Part shown: in pieces, positions 37,890 to 47,171 of the stretch | Numbering within the stretch: position 1 is the first letter of the stretch | How the letters are laid out: each line of letters begins with the position of its first letter | Assembly (NCBI GenBank): GCA_965199855.1 | Contig: OZ241326.1 | Coordinates: 64,001 to 128,000 of the forward strand | Length of the DNA: 64,000 nucleotides | Reading direction: 5' to 3' | Source: a bacterium | GTDB lineage: Bacteria > UBA8248 | Program-made: the position numbers and the translations under genes | Notes under the pieces: model-generated | What the model saw: only the letters and a program-made list of their open reading frames with translations | What the model was told of the DNA's origin: nothing | Database searches by the model: none

Positions 37890-37984
37890 GTATATCATTA
37901 CCAAAGCGAAATGTCTTTCAACCTGCGTCAAATGCGCTGTCGCCCCGGGTTTTTCTTTTCCCCGCGCGCTTCGCGCTCCCTCGC

Positions 37985-38108
37985 TCAGATCGAGCCCCAC
38001 TCCCCGCCGTCCACCTGGAGCGCCGCGCCCGATATGTAGCTCGCCCGCTCGCTGGCGAGAAAGGCGACCGCCGCCGATGGCGGCCTTGCCCCTCAGCCCC
38101 AGATCCAT
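37985..38108 (-). pseudogene. Internally deleted SDR oxidoreductase scar
   Basis: MDLGLRGKAAIGG (SDR N-terminus) is joined, with a frame change, to VAFLASERASYISGAALQVDGGEWGSI-stop (SDR C-terminus) within 124 bp. Confidence 0.8.
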
Positions 38109-38229
38109 TCGCTCATCCTCCGACGCGCGCCTTCCCGCCGGGCGCCTCCGGCGCGCGATTGAGAAGCCCCCGCGCCCCCCGTATAATCGGCGCGTCCCGC
38201 CGCCCGCCCGCCGACCGAAAGGGAGAACG

Positions 38230-38502
38230 ATGACGGAGCGCGCCGATTTTCGTCAATTCTACCGCGACGCCCACGAGGCGGACCTCCTCACCGACCGCGA
38301 GAAGCGGCTCATGGGCCTCGCCGTCGCCATCGCGCGAAACTGCCAGCCGTGAGTGGAGCGCCGCCTGGCGGACGCCGGGCGAGCGGGCATCGGCGAGGAG
38401 ACGCTCGACGCCGCCTTCGACCTGACGGCCGCCGTCATCGCCGGAATCGCCCAGAGCATGAACCATCGCTACAAGGCGTCGCGCGAGCGGGGCGGCGCGT
38501 AG
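38230..38502 (+). CDS. AhpD/CMD-like selenoprotein (CxxU), Sec encoded by TGA at 38350-38352
   Basis: GGGAG RBS then MTERADFRQFYRDAHEADLLTDREKRLMGLAVAIARNCQP-U-VERRLADAGRAGIGEETLDAAFDLTAAVIAG...-TAG. The CMD family pattern continues through the UGA. Confidence 0.88.
38362..38381 (+). promoter_or_regulatory. Putative bacterial SECIS hairpin
   Basis: CGCCTGGC-GGAC-GCCGGGCG, an 8-bp stem with a G-starting loop 17 nt after the UGA. Confidence 0.65.
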
Positions 38503-38512
38503 GGGCTTCGGC

Positions 38513-39064
38513 GTGACGGGCTGGATCAGGAAGATCCTCGCCTCGGAGGATCCGGCCCGCCTCCGCCCCTCGCGGGACGCGCGCCCCCCGCCGCAGGGAG
38601 AGGCGCCCGAGGATCGCCCCGACGTCCCCGTCAGGCCGGTCTGGCACTTCCTCATGTATTTCATCATGGGCGCGGGCTTCGACGCCCTGTTTCCCACCGA
38701 CGCCTTCCCCGAGGGGGCGCGCTTCACGCTGGGCGCCGGGCTGGTGGCGGCGGGGGCGGCGCTCCGCGCGGCCGCCATCGGACGCCTCGGAAAAGCCGGG
38801 ACGCGCCACGAGACGGACAGGCCCGCGCGCGTCCTCGTCACGGAGGGGCCCTACCGCCTCTCGCGCAACCCCATCTACCTGGGCCTCATCCTCTTCTATC
38901 TGGGGCTCGGCGTCTTTCTCAACAACTTCTGGATATTCGCCCTGGGCGCGCCCCTGTTCGCCACGATTCACGCGGTCGTCGTCGCGCGCGAGGAGGAATA
39001 CCTCGAAGGGAAATTCGGCGAGGCGTACCGCGCCTACCGCGAGAGGACGCGCCGCTGGCTGTGA
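38513..39064 (+). CDS. Isoprenylcysteine carboxyl methyltransferase (ICMT/PEMT) family membrane protein
   Basis: LVTEGPYRLSRNPIYLG...EEEYLEGKFGEAYRAY. Confidence 0.9.
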   Translation: MTGWIRKILASEDPARLRPSRDARPPPQGEAPEDRPDVPVRPVWHFLMYFIMGAGFDALFPTDAFPEGARFTLGAGLVAAGAALRAAAIGRLGKAGTRHETDRPARVLVTEGPYRLSRNPIYLGLILFYLGLGVFLNNFWIFALGAPLFATIHAVVVAREEEYLEGKFGEAYRAYRERTRRWL

Positions 39065-39095
39065 AGGCGCGGGAACGCGAAGCCCCGCTCCGGGC

Positions 39096-39701
39096 CTAGC
39101 GCACGCCCCTGGGTCTGGGCCGCGCCTTGCGCCTCGCTACCTCCTTCTTCACCTGGGCGGCCGATTTGCCGCCCGTCTCGACGCCATAGACCTCGCCCAC
39201 GCGGGTGTGCCTGTCCATCACGCGCATGAAGGCCAGGTCCGAGAGCTCGGCCAGCACCATCTCGCAGGTGCTGAAGATGGTGCAGCCCTCCACGAGGTGG
39301 CCGCCGAAGCAGGTCGCCTCGGGCCTCCCCATCGAGATGGTGACGTGGGCGTGGAGATAGGGCTCGCCCTTTTCGGTCTGGGTGATGTTCCCGCTCATCT
39401 GGAGCAGTTCGAGCGGGCCGTTGATGGGCGTGAAGATGCGGCACTCGTCGTTGATGGGAAACGGATCGGGAAACCGCCAGACGTTCCTCAGCACCGCCTT
39501 CTGCAGGCTCGCCGCCACGCTCAGGATGACGCCCGCCTTCACCCCCTTTTCCCGGCAGATTTTGAGCGTCGTGCCGAACAGGTCGTCCCCCGGCGCCATG
39601 CGGACGGCGAGGACGCGGCCGATGCCCGCCTCGGCCACGTCGTAGCGGGGCTTGCGGGTCTTCCAGTCGGAGTTGTCGAAGTTCGTGAGCTTTCTCGCCA
39701 T
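39096..39701 (-). CDS. PPC/DUF296 domain protein
   Basis: RMAPGDDL, LELLQMSGNI, HAHVT and GGHLVEG motifs. Confidence 0.88.
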   Translation of the reverse strand: MARKLTNFDNSDWKTRKPRYDVAEAGIGRVLAVRMAPGDDLFGTTLKICREKGVKAGVILSVAASLQKAVLRNVWRFPDPFPINDECRIFTPINGPLELLQMSGNITQTEKGEPYLHAHVTISMGRPEATCFGGHLVEGCTIFSTCEMVLAELSDLAFMRVMDRHTRVGEVYGVETGGKSAAQVKKEVARRKARPRPRGVR

Positions 39702-39883
39702 GGATTCTTTCTCCCCCAGAGGCTTCCCGCCTCGCGCTGGAAAAAGTGAAAGGGTGAATGCCGAAGAGCGCCTTCGGCGCGCGCCCCCGAGCCGGGAGCG
39801 CGGACGCATTCTAGGCCCGCGGCGGCGAAATGAAAACCGCCCCGGCGGCCCGGCGCTCCGCGCGGGGAGGCGCGGAGGCCGCC

Positions 39884-41161
39884 TCAGTCCTCCGGCGCCT
39901 CGTAGCGCGCCTCGCCCGCCGTGACGGTGCAGACGACGCGGGCGCGCGCGTCGAAGACGTCGCCCAAATCCGGCGCGCCCGCCCCCGGCGGGGGGCGCAG
40001 GACGCAGAAGTCGGCGGGCGCCCCGGGCGCCAAAACGCCCAGGTCATCGAAGCCCAGGGCGCGGGCGCCCGCGCGGGCGCACAGGTCGAGCAACTCTGCG
40101 TCCGTGAAGTCCGCCCCCGCCTCCCGGAGGGCGCGCGCCTCGTCCAGAATCGAGAGCGTGGGGCTGCTCGCCCGGCTGTCCGTCCCCAGGCAGAGCTCCA
40201 GCCCCGCCTCGCGCATTCCGTTCGCGTCGGCGAAGGGGTGGCCGAAGAAGCGCGCCGAGCGCGGGCAGAGGCAGACGCGCGTCCCGCTTCGCGCGAGAGC
40301 CTCCCAGTCCTCCGCGTTCGTCTGGTTCGCGTGGAAGGCGAGGGAGAGGCCGGCGAGCGCGCCCCCCGCCTCCAGGTGCGCGGCGGGGCGCAGGCCCGAG
40401 GGTCGAAACCCCTCCAGGGAGCCGTTCAGCGCGCGATGCGCCTCGGCGAGCGCGCCGCCGCCCGTCCGCAGGAACTCGGCCTCGTGCGGACTCTCCGCCA
40501 GGTGCGTCGCCGCGGGCCAGCCCCGCGCCCGCGCCGCGTCCGTCGCCGCGCGGTAGAGGGCGATCGAGGCGGTGTAGGGCGCGTGGGGGCTCAGGCCGCG
40601 GCGGAGGGCGCCGGGAAGCGGCCCGCGGTATTCGGGAAAGGCGTCCAGCGCCGCGAGCCTCCCCGCCAGAATCTCCTCCGCGCGCGCCGGGTCCAGCCCC
40701 AGCGCCTCGTGGAACACCACCCCGCGCATTCCGGCGTCGGCCAGCGCCGTCGCGCTCTCGCCCGAGGTCGAGACGTCGCCCACGCAGGTTACCCCCGCGG
40801 CCAGGCTCGCCGCCGCGCCGATTCGCGCGGACGCCAGAAACAGATGGGCGGGCCAGCCCCGCGTCTCCCGCACGAGCGAGACGATCCACTCCCCCATCGG
40901 CGCGGGGGGGCGGGCGAGGCCCGAGAGCTCGAGGTGGGCGTGGGCGTTGACGAGGCCGGGGAGCAGAATCGCGCGGCCGAAGTCGCGCTCGCGGGCGAGG
41001 GGGGCGTCCGGGCGGACGAAGCCCTCCTCGCCCGCCGCGAGAATCCTCCCCCCCGAGACGAGGAGCGCCCCGCGCCGGACGGGAGGCGACGCCACGGGAC
41101 ACGCCAGGTCAGCGAGCCACAGCTCCATGCCCTGCGGAGCGGGGGGCGGTTCCGTCGCCAA
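39884..41161 (-). CDS. Amidohydrolase, probable aminofutalosine deaminase
   Basis: NAHAHLELS, SPHAPYT, HLAES and LGTDS motifs; directly downstream of mqnC. Confidence 0.75.
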   Translation of the reverse strand: MATEPPPAPQGMELWLADLACPVASPPVRRGALLVSGGRILAAGEEGFVRPDAPLARERDFGRAILLPGLVNAHAHLELSGLARPPAPMGEWIVSLVRETRGWPAHLFLASARIGAAASLAAGVTCVGDVSTSGESATALADAGMRGVVFHEALGLDPARAEEILAGRLAALDAFPEYRGPLPGALRRGLSPHAPYTASIALYRAATDAARARGWPAATHLAESPHEAEFLRTGGGALAEAHRALNGSLEGFRPSGLRPAAHLEAGGALAGLSLAFHANQTNAEDWEALARSGTRVCLCPRSARFFGHPFADANGMREAGLELCLGTDSRASSPTLSILDEARALREAGADFTDAELLDLCARAGARALGFDDLGVLAPGAPADFCVLRPPPGAGAPDLGDVFDARARVVCTVTAGEARYEAPED

Positions 41162-41167
41162 GGGAGG

Positions 41168-42250
41168 CTAGTCGATCAGCTCGTAGAAGAAGTTGCGGCG
41201 CCGGGGGGCGAAGCCCGCGTTTCGCGCCATGCGGTGAAGGTCGGCCTCGTTCAGGGCGTAGGTGGTGCCGGCGGCGCTCACCACGTTCTCCTCCAGCATG
41301 GTGGAGCCCATGTCGTTGCAGCCGAAGCGCAGGGAGAGCTCGCCCACCTTCATCCCCTGCGTCACCCAGGAGGACTGGAAGTTCTCCACGTTGTCGAGAT
41401 ACAGGCGGCTGATCGCCAGGGTTCGCAGATACTCGGCGCTGCCCACCGTGGGCGCCCGCAGCGCCGCCGAGCCGTCGTTCTGGAACGTCCAGCAGACGTA
41501 GGCCGTGAAGCCGCCCGTCTCGTCCTGGAGGGCGCGCAGGCGATCCAGATGCTCGATGCGCTCCGCGTCCGTCTCCGCGTGGCCGAACATCATCGTGGCG
41601 GTGGAGCGAAGCCCCAGCCCGTGGGCGGCGCGCGTGACGTCGAGCCAGCCCTGCGCGTCCACCTTCAGCCGGGAGATTTTCCGGCGCACGCGGTCCACGA
41701 GAATCTCGCCGCCGCCGCCGGGCAGGGAGTCCAGCCCCGCGCAGCGCAGCCGCGCGAGGACGACGTCGTAGGGCATGTCCTCGAGCCGGGCGATGTGGTG
41801 AATCTCCGGCGGACTCAGGGCGTGCAGGTGGAGGTCGGGGAACTCCTCCTTCATCCAGGAGAAGAGCGTCTCATACCATTCGATCCGCAGGTCGGGGTGA
41901 TGCCCCCCCTGTAGGAGCACCTGCCTGCCGCCGGCGGCGTAGAGCTCCTCTATCTTCCGCCTTATCTCCTCCCGCGTCCGGACGTAGGCTTCGGGGTGCC
42001 CCCCCGGCGGGCGGTAGAACGCGCAGAACGAGCAATACACGTCGCACACGTTCGTGTAGTTGACGTTCCTGTCCACGCAGTAGGTGGCGAAGCCCTCCGG
42101 GTGCAGGCGGGCGCGCGCGTCGTCCGCCGCCGCGCCGAGCGCCGCCAGGTCCTCGCCCTCGAGCAGCGCCAGCCCCTCCTCGAAGGAGAGCCGCCCGCCG
42201 CCCGCCGCCTTCTCGAGCGCCTCGTGGAACGCCGCAGTCGCCGTGGTCAT
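41168..42250 (-). CDS. mqnC: Cyclic dehypoxanthinyl futalosine synthase (radical SAM)
   Basis: DRNVNYTNVCDVYCSFCAFYR, LQGGHHP, SSWVTQG and GSTMLEENVVSAAG motifs. Confidence 0.93.
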   Translation of the reverse strand: MTTATAAFHEALEKAAGGGRLSFEEGLALLEGEDLAALGAAADDARARLHPEGFATYCVDRNVNYTNVCDVYCSFCAFYRPPGGHPEAYVRTREEIRRKIEELYAAGGRQVLLQGGHHPDLRIEWYETLFSWMKEEFPDLHLHALSPPEIHHIARLEDMPYDVVLARLRCAGLDSLPGGGGEILVDRVRRKISRLKVDAQGWLDVTRAAHGLGLRSTATMMFGHAETDAERIEHLDRLRALQDETGGFTAYVCWTFQNDGSAALRAPTVGSAEYLRTLAISRLYLDNVENFQSSWVTQGMKVGELSLRFGCNDMGSTMLEENVVSAAGTTYALNEADLHRMARNAGFAPRRRNFFYELID

Positions 42251-42308
42251 GGATTTTCCTCAACGAGAGCCCGGCCGCGCGCCATCATGCGCGAGCGCGC
42301 CCGAAGGG

Positions 42309-44060
42309 TCAAGACGCGGGGCGGGAGCGCCCCTGGCCCGGCGCGAGGTCGCGGGGGTCTTCGATGGCGCGGATGGTCAGCGGCGCGGCGCGGTTGCGCA
42401 GCGCGATCTCGCGCGTGGGAAAGGCGGAGGCGTCCACCCCGGCGCGCTCGGCGACCTCGGCGGAGATGACGAGGCGGCAGCCGTATTCCTTGGTCAGCTC
42501 CTGAAGGCGGCTGGCCGCGTTCACCGTGTCGCCCACCGCCGTCAGGTACTTCGCCACGCCCCGGCCCATCTGCCCCACCACGGTGGGGCCCGCGTGCACG
42601 CCGATGCCGACGCGGAGGGGCTGCTCCAGCTCCCCGGCGAGGGTTTCGCTCATCCCGTCCAGCGCGTCCACGATGGCGCGGGCCGCGGCGAGGGCGCGCC
42701 TGCACCCCTCCCCGGGGCCTTCCTCCACCCCGAAGAGCGCCATGACGCCGTCGCCCACGAACTGATTGATAACGCCCCCCTCCCGGGCAATGGCCTCGCC
42801 CATGACCTCAAAGTAGCAATTCAGGAAAAACACCACGTCGTAGGGGAGCTTCTTCTCGGAAATGCGCGTAAAGCCTCGCAGATCGGCGAACAGGACGGCG
42901 ATGCCGCGCTCCTCGCCCGAGGCGTAGCCCCTCTCGCCCAGGCCCTGCGCCGCGTCCGCCCGCGCGGGCAGCAGGAGCATCACCGAGACGTCCGTCTTCG
43001 GCCGCAGCTGGCACGCGAGGCGAACGCCGGGCGGCGCCTTGATGCGCTCCAGCACGCGGCGCTCCTCCGGCGCGGGGGGCGGCAGGGCGTCGGCCCCGCC
43101 CAGCACCCGCGCCCGGCAGGTGGAGCATCGCCCGCGTCCCCCGCATACGGATGCGTGGGGGACGCCGGCGGCGCGGCTCGCCTCCAGAAGGGTGGAACCC
43201 ACCGGGGCGGCGGCCTCGCGCCCGCCCGCGTAGGAGACGCGAAACGTCCTGCGCCTTCGCTCTCGGGCGCAGCGCGCCTCGCGCGCGAGCAACGTCAGGG
43301 CGAGAAGGCCCAGATAGCCCCACCAGAGCGCGTCGCGCGCCGCGTGGAGCGCCGCCCTCTCCGCGCGGTTCGGCCCCCTGTCGCGGATTCGCGTCTCGCG
43401 GAGCCGGTCGCGCTCCCGGGAGAGCCTCGCCGCCTCGCGTCCGCCCTGGCTGAAGCCCGCCAGCGAGAGGGCGGCGAGAAGCACGGCGGCGCAGAGGGCG
43501 GTCGGAAACCACCTTCCATACCAGGGCTTGAGCCGCAGCCAGTAGTGCAGGCCGACGCAGCCGTGCGTCCAGGCGACGATCAGGAAAGCCGCCTGCTTGA
43601 AGCCCACCTCCGGCGACCGCTCCCAGTAGAGGAACATCAGGCGCGTGTAGGAGTCCGCCGTCCCGAACCACTCGTAGGCCAGGCGCGTGCCCACGACGTG
43701 GGAGATCATGAACAGGGGAATCGAGAGGCCGAGAACGATCTGCGCCGCCTCCCACGGAGGCATCCGCAGGCTGCGCCGGCTGAACAGCGCGCAGAGCGTG
43801 AGCGCGGCGTGCAGAAAGAGCGAGCCGTAGAACAGCAGCGTGCCGACGCCGCTTCGCCAGAACCACAGAAACCAGCTTCTGCCCGCGTCCATCGCGTCGA
43901 GCGAGACCAGCCCCAGGGCGTGGTTCAGCAGATGGGCGGCGAGAAAGGCGAAAAGAACGCAACCCGTCCCGAGCCGCAACGTCCTGAGGCGGGAGGGCGC
44001 GGGGAGGCCGGCCGCGGGAGGACCGGAGGTCACAGGACGCGTCCCCGGCGGAGGATTCAC
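42309..44060 (-). CDS. Class III adenylate cyclase with His-containing TM domain and 2Fe-2S ferredoxin (CyaC-like)
   Basis: HLLNHALG and WTHGCVGLH in the TM region; SVCGGRGRCSTC...RLACQ ferredoxin; FADLRGFT, GDGVMALFG and GDTVNAASRL cyclase motifs. Confidence 0.9.
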   Translation of the reverse strand: MNPPPGTRPVTSGPPAAGLPAPSRLRTLRLGTGCVLFAFLAAHLLNHALGLVSLDAMDAGRSWFLWFWRSGVGTLLFYGSLFLHAALTLCALFSRRSLRMPPWEAAQIVLGLSIPLFMISHVVGTRLAYEWFGTADSYTRLMFLYWERSPEVGFKQAAFLIVAWTHGCVGLHYWLRLKPWYGRWFPTALCAAVLLAALSLAGFSQGGREAARLSRERDRLRETRIRDRGPNRAERAALHAARDALWWGYLGLLALTLLAREARCARERRRRTFRVSYAGGREAAAPVGSTLLEASRAAGVPHASVCGGRGRCSTCRARVLGGADALPPPAPEERRVLERIKAPPGVRLACQLRPKTDVSVMLLLPARADAAQGLGERGYASGEERGIAVLFADLRGFTRISEKKLPYDVVFFLNCYFEVMGEAIAREGGVINQFVGDGVMALFGVEEGPGEGCRRALAAARAIVDALDGMSETLAGELEQPLRVGIGVHAGPTVVGQMGRGVAKYLTAVGDTVNAASRLQELTKEYGCRLVISAEVAERAGVDASAFPTREIALRNRAAPLTIRAIEDPRDLAPGQGRSRPAS

Positions 44061-44851
44061 GGGAGAGGGTTCGACTCCAGAAACTTTTCCATCTCGGCGA
44101 GGAAGGCTCCGGGCTGATCCTGGAAGACGCCGTGTCCCGCGTCGGGAATGACGGAGAGGCGGCAGTCGGGGACGCCGCTCATATACGCCTCAGCGAAGTC
44201 GAGCGGCCCCGCGTCGTTCTCGCCGTAGCACACCCAGGTGGGCGCGGTGACGGCGGACAATTCCGCCCGCAGGTCGGGCATTCCGAACAGCGCGCTCGCC
44301 GTATCCGCGAACGTCCGGGGCGTATTCTTCAGAAATCGCTCCCGATGCTCCCGCGCGCGCGGCCCCTCGCGCAGGCTTTCGGGAATCTCGCCCCGGCGCA
44401 GTTTGAACTCGAAGAGCGCCTCCATTCCTTTCGTCTCGGCCACGCGCAGCTGCGCCTCGAACATCTCCCGATACGCGCCCGAGGGCGGCCCGGCGGAAGA
44501 AGCGGAGAGCATGAGGCGATTCAGGCGCTCCGGATGCCGGATGGCGAGCATCGTCCCCGTTCTCCCGCCCATGCTCTGGCCGAGGTAGTCGGCGCGCTCG
44601 ATTCCCATGGCGTCGAGAAAGCCCAGCGCGTCGTCCGCGAACGTCCGTATGGCGTAAGGCCCCGCGGGTTTGTCCGAATCGCCGTGGCCGCGCAAATCGA
44701 TCGCCAGCGTCCTGAAGCGCGCCGCCAGACGCTCGATGATGGGCGCGAAGGCGAAATGCGAACCCTGAAACCCATGGACGAGAAGGAGCGGAGGCCCCTC
44801 GCCGCGCTCCTCGTAGTGAAGGTTCACGCCGCTCACCCGCGCTTTCGGCAA
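44057..44851 (-). CDS. Alpha/beta fold hydrolase
   Basis: LLLVHG, DLRGHGDS, GQSMGG nucleophile elbow and AGHG; TTG start at 44851 after AAGGAG. Confidence 0.88.
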   Translation of the reverse strand: MPKARVSGVNLHYEERGEGPPLLLVHGFQGSHFAFAPIIERLAARFRTLAIDLRGHGDSDKPAGPYAIRTFADDALGFLDAMGIERADYLGQSMGGRTGTMLAIRHPERLNRLMLSASSAGPPSGAYREMFEAQLRVAETKGMEALFEFKLRRGEIPESLREGPRAREHRERFLKNTPRTFADTASALFGMPDLRAELSAVTAPTWVCYGENDAGPLDFAEAYMSGVPDCRLSVIPDAGHGVFQDQPGAFLAEMEKFLESNPLP

Positions 44852-44885
44852 AGCCTGCTCCTTTTCTCGGCGAAGCGCCGAAGGC

Positions 44886-47171
44886 TCACGGCGCGAGGGC
44901 GGGCCGCGCCCCCCTGAGCTCCGGCGTCGCCTCCTCGTAGGCGCGCGCCACGCGCAGGACGTCCGCCTCCCGCCAGGGCGCGCCCGCGATCTGCAGGCCC
45001 ATGGGCATTCCGCAGGCGTCCCTGCCCATCGGCAGGACGAGGGCGGGAAAGCCCGTGGCGTTGTGCGGCGAGAGAAACGGCCGGTGGATATGGGCGTAGG
45101 GAACCCCTCTTCCGTTGACTTGCGCGACGAGGGTCTCGACGGGCGGGGCGGCGCAGGGCATGGCGGGCTGGAGGAGCGCGTCCGCCCCCTCGAAGAAGCG
45201 CGCCGCCTCGCGCCGGAGCAGGACGCGCTCGCGCATGGCGCGCGCGTAGTCGGCCATGGGGATTCGGAACGACCACTCCAGCCGCTCGCGCACGTCCTCC
45301 CCGTAGCCCCCGGGGTCGCGCTCGAAAAACGGCCTGTGGAACTCGGCGAACTCAGGGCCCGCGATGGAGGGAAACAGCGCCATGAGCCGCTCGTGACGCG
45401 CGAAGGAGACCTCCTCCACTTCGGCGCCCAGGGCGCGCAGCGCCTCCACCGCGCGCGCGAAGGCCGCCATGACCTCGGCGTCCGCCACCGCGCGCCCGTG
45501 GTAGTCCGGGCAGACGAGCAGGCGGCTTCCGCGCACGCCGTCCGAAAGCCCCGCGGCGAAGTCGGGGACGGGAGCGTCCCGCGACTTGGAGTCGGCCGGG
45601 TCAAAGCCCGCCATCGCCTGAAGCATGAGCGCGGCGTCCTCGACGGAGCGCGCGATGGGGCCCGCGTGGTCGAAGCTCGGGACGTTGGGACACACCCCCC
45701 GCAGGCTCACCCGGCCGTGGGTGGGCTTGAGCCCCACGACCCCGCACAGGACGGCGGGGTTGCGGATGGAGCCGCCCGTGTCCGTGCCGATCGCCATGGG
45801 CGCCAGGCCCGCCGCGCAGGCGGCGGCCGAGCCGCCGCTCGAGCCGCCCGCGATGCGATCGAGCCGCCAGGGGTTTCGCGTCGCACCGTAGTGGGGGTTG
45901 ATGGTCGTCGAGGCGGCCGCGAACTCGTGCGTGTTCGTCTTGCCCAGCAGGACGGCGCCCGCCCGCCCGAGCCGCCGGACGACCTCCGCGTCCTCGCGCG
46001 GGACGTTCTCCCGATGAAACGAGGAGCCGTTCGTGGTGAGGACGCCCGCCGTGTCCACGATGTCCTTGGCGGCGAAGGGGACGCCGTGCAGCGCGCCGCG
46101 CCAGCCCCCCTTCATGACTTCCGCCTCGGCGGCGCGCGCCTCCTCCATCGCGCGCTCGGCGGCGACCGTCTGGCAGGCGAAGACGGCGGGGTTCACCGCC
46201 TCTATCCGGCGCAGATGCGCCTCCGCCACCTCGACCGGGGAGACCTCCTTCGTCCGGATCGCCCGCGCGAGCCCGGCGACGCCCGAGAAGCAGAGGTCGT
46301 CGTCCGCCCCGCCCGCGGCCTCCTCCTTCCGCCCCTCCGCCTCCCGGACTTCCACCCGGCGCGCAGGCTCGCCCACGCGCCGCGCCTCCCAGCCCGCGGG
46401 CGCCAGGCCGTCCTCGACCAGAAAGGCGTAGTAGCGGCCGAGACCTTCCAGCTCCTCCTCTCCTACGTCGTAGCGGACGCGCTCGGTGAGGTAGCGCCGC
46501 GCCGCGTCCTCATCCACGCCCGGCGGAAGGGGCCCGGTGAGTATCTCCTCCATGCGCGCCGCGCCCGCCTCCTTCGCGCCCCGCAGAAGCGCCGCGCTTT
46601 CGGCGTCCCCCGCCCCCGGCCGGAACACCCAGAGCGCATAGACGAAGGGAAGCCCCGTGAAGTCGCTCCACTCCTCGCCCAGGTCGAGGACGTAGTGCGC
46701 CCCCGGCGGCTCCCGCAGGGCGTTGTCCCCGATGAGGAGGAAGGCGTCGAGCGCCTCGTCCTCCCGGGGCGGGGCGAGCGGATCGATGGGAACGAACTCG
46801 GGACTCGCCCCCCACCTGCGCCTGAGATAGACGCGCGCCATGTTCGCCGCCGCGAGCGACCAGCTGTCCAGCCCCACGCGGCGCAGGGCGTCCGCCGGCT
46901 TCCGGCAGTAGAGGCGGATGCTCTCCACGGCCCCCCGGCTCGCGATGCCCACGCCGGGGACGAAGCGCGCCCCCGGCGTCTCGAACAGGGCGAACGAGGA
47001 GACGAGGGCGCCCTCCAGCTCGCCGCGAGCGAGCATCCGCGCCAGCTTCGAGGGGGGTTCGACGATCAGCTCGACCCGCGGCTCGCTCTCCAGCGCGATG
47101 GTGAGCGGCCGCGCGTTCAGGAAGGGGACGGTGCCGAGCCGCACGGCCTCGCTCAGGCGTGAACGGCCCAT
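44886..47171 (-). CDS. mqnA: Chorismate dehydratase MqnA fused to an amidase-signature (GatA-like) domain
   Basis: N-terminal GTVPFLNARPL...LLIGDNAL...DLGEEW...TGLPFVYALW (MqnA); C-terminal GVPFAAKD, GGSSGGS and GTDTGGSIRNPA (amidase); one uninterrupted ORF. Confidence 0.85.
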   Translation of the reverse strand: MGRSRLSEAVRLGTVPFLNARPLTIALESEPRVELIVEPPSKLARMLARGELEGALVSSFALFETPGARFVPGVGIASRGAVESIRLYCRKPADALRRVGLDSWSLAAANMARVYLRRRWGASPEFVPIDPLAPPREDEALDAFLLIGDNALREPPGAHYVLDLGEEWSDFTGLPFVYALWVFRPGAGDAESAALLRGAKEAGAARMEEILTGPLPPGVDEDAARRYLTERVRYDVGEEELEGLGRYYAFLVEDGLAPAGWEARRVGEPARRVEVREAEGRKEEAAGGADDDLCFSGVAGLARAIRTKEVSPVEVAEAHLRRIEAVNPAVFACQTVAAERAMEEARAAEAEVMKGGWRGALHGVPFAAKDIVDTAGVLTTNGSSFHRENVPREDAEVVRRLGRAGAVLLGKTNTHEFAAASTTINPHYGATRNPWRLDRIAGGSSGGSAAACAAGLAPMAIGTDTGGSIRNPAVLCGVVGLKPTHGRVSLRGVCPNVPSFDHAGPIARSVEDAALMLQAMAGFDPADSKSRDAPVPDFAAGLSDGVRGSRLLVCPDYHGRAVADAEVMAAFARAVEALRALGAEVEEVSFARHERLMALFPSIAGPEFAEFHRPFFERDPGGYGEDVRERLEWSFRIPMADYARAMRERVLLRREAARFFEGADALLQPAMPCAAPPVETLVAQVNGRGVPYAHIHRPFLSPHNATGFPALVLPMGRDACGMPMGLQIAGAPWREADVLRVARAYEEATPELRGARPALAP

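Larger units (their letters stand above)
35681..37901 (+). mobile_element. IS1595-family transporter element (transposase + DNA methyltransferase + small wHTH-like gene)
   Basis: Left end GTAATGATATACTTGACACACGT (35681-35703) and right end ACGTGCGTTAAGTATATCATTAC (37879-37901) form a 21/23 inverted repeat; lower GC than the flanks. Confidence 0.88.

Noticed and set aside
35670-37912. Target-site duplication flanking the IS1595 element
   Set aside because: The flanks (GCAAAAAA and CAAAGCGA) do not form a convincing 8-bp direct repeat.
39830-41914. Long antisense ORFs (also 3521-5257, 45063-47162, 50335-52881, 56058-58124)
   Set aside because: These are shadow ORFs opposite well-supported genes, expected at this GC content.
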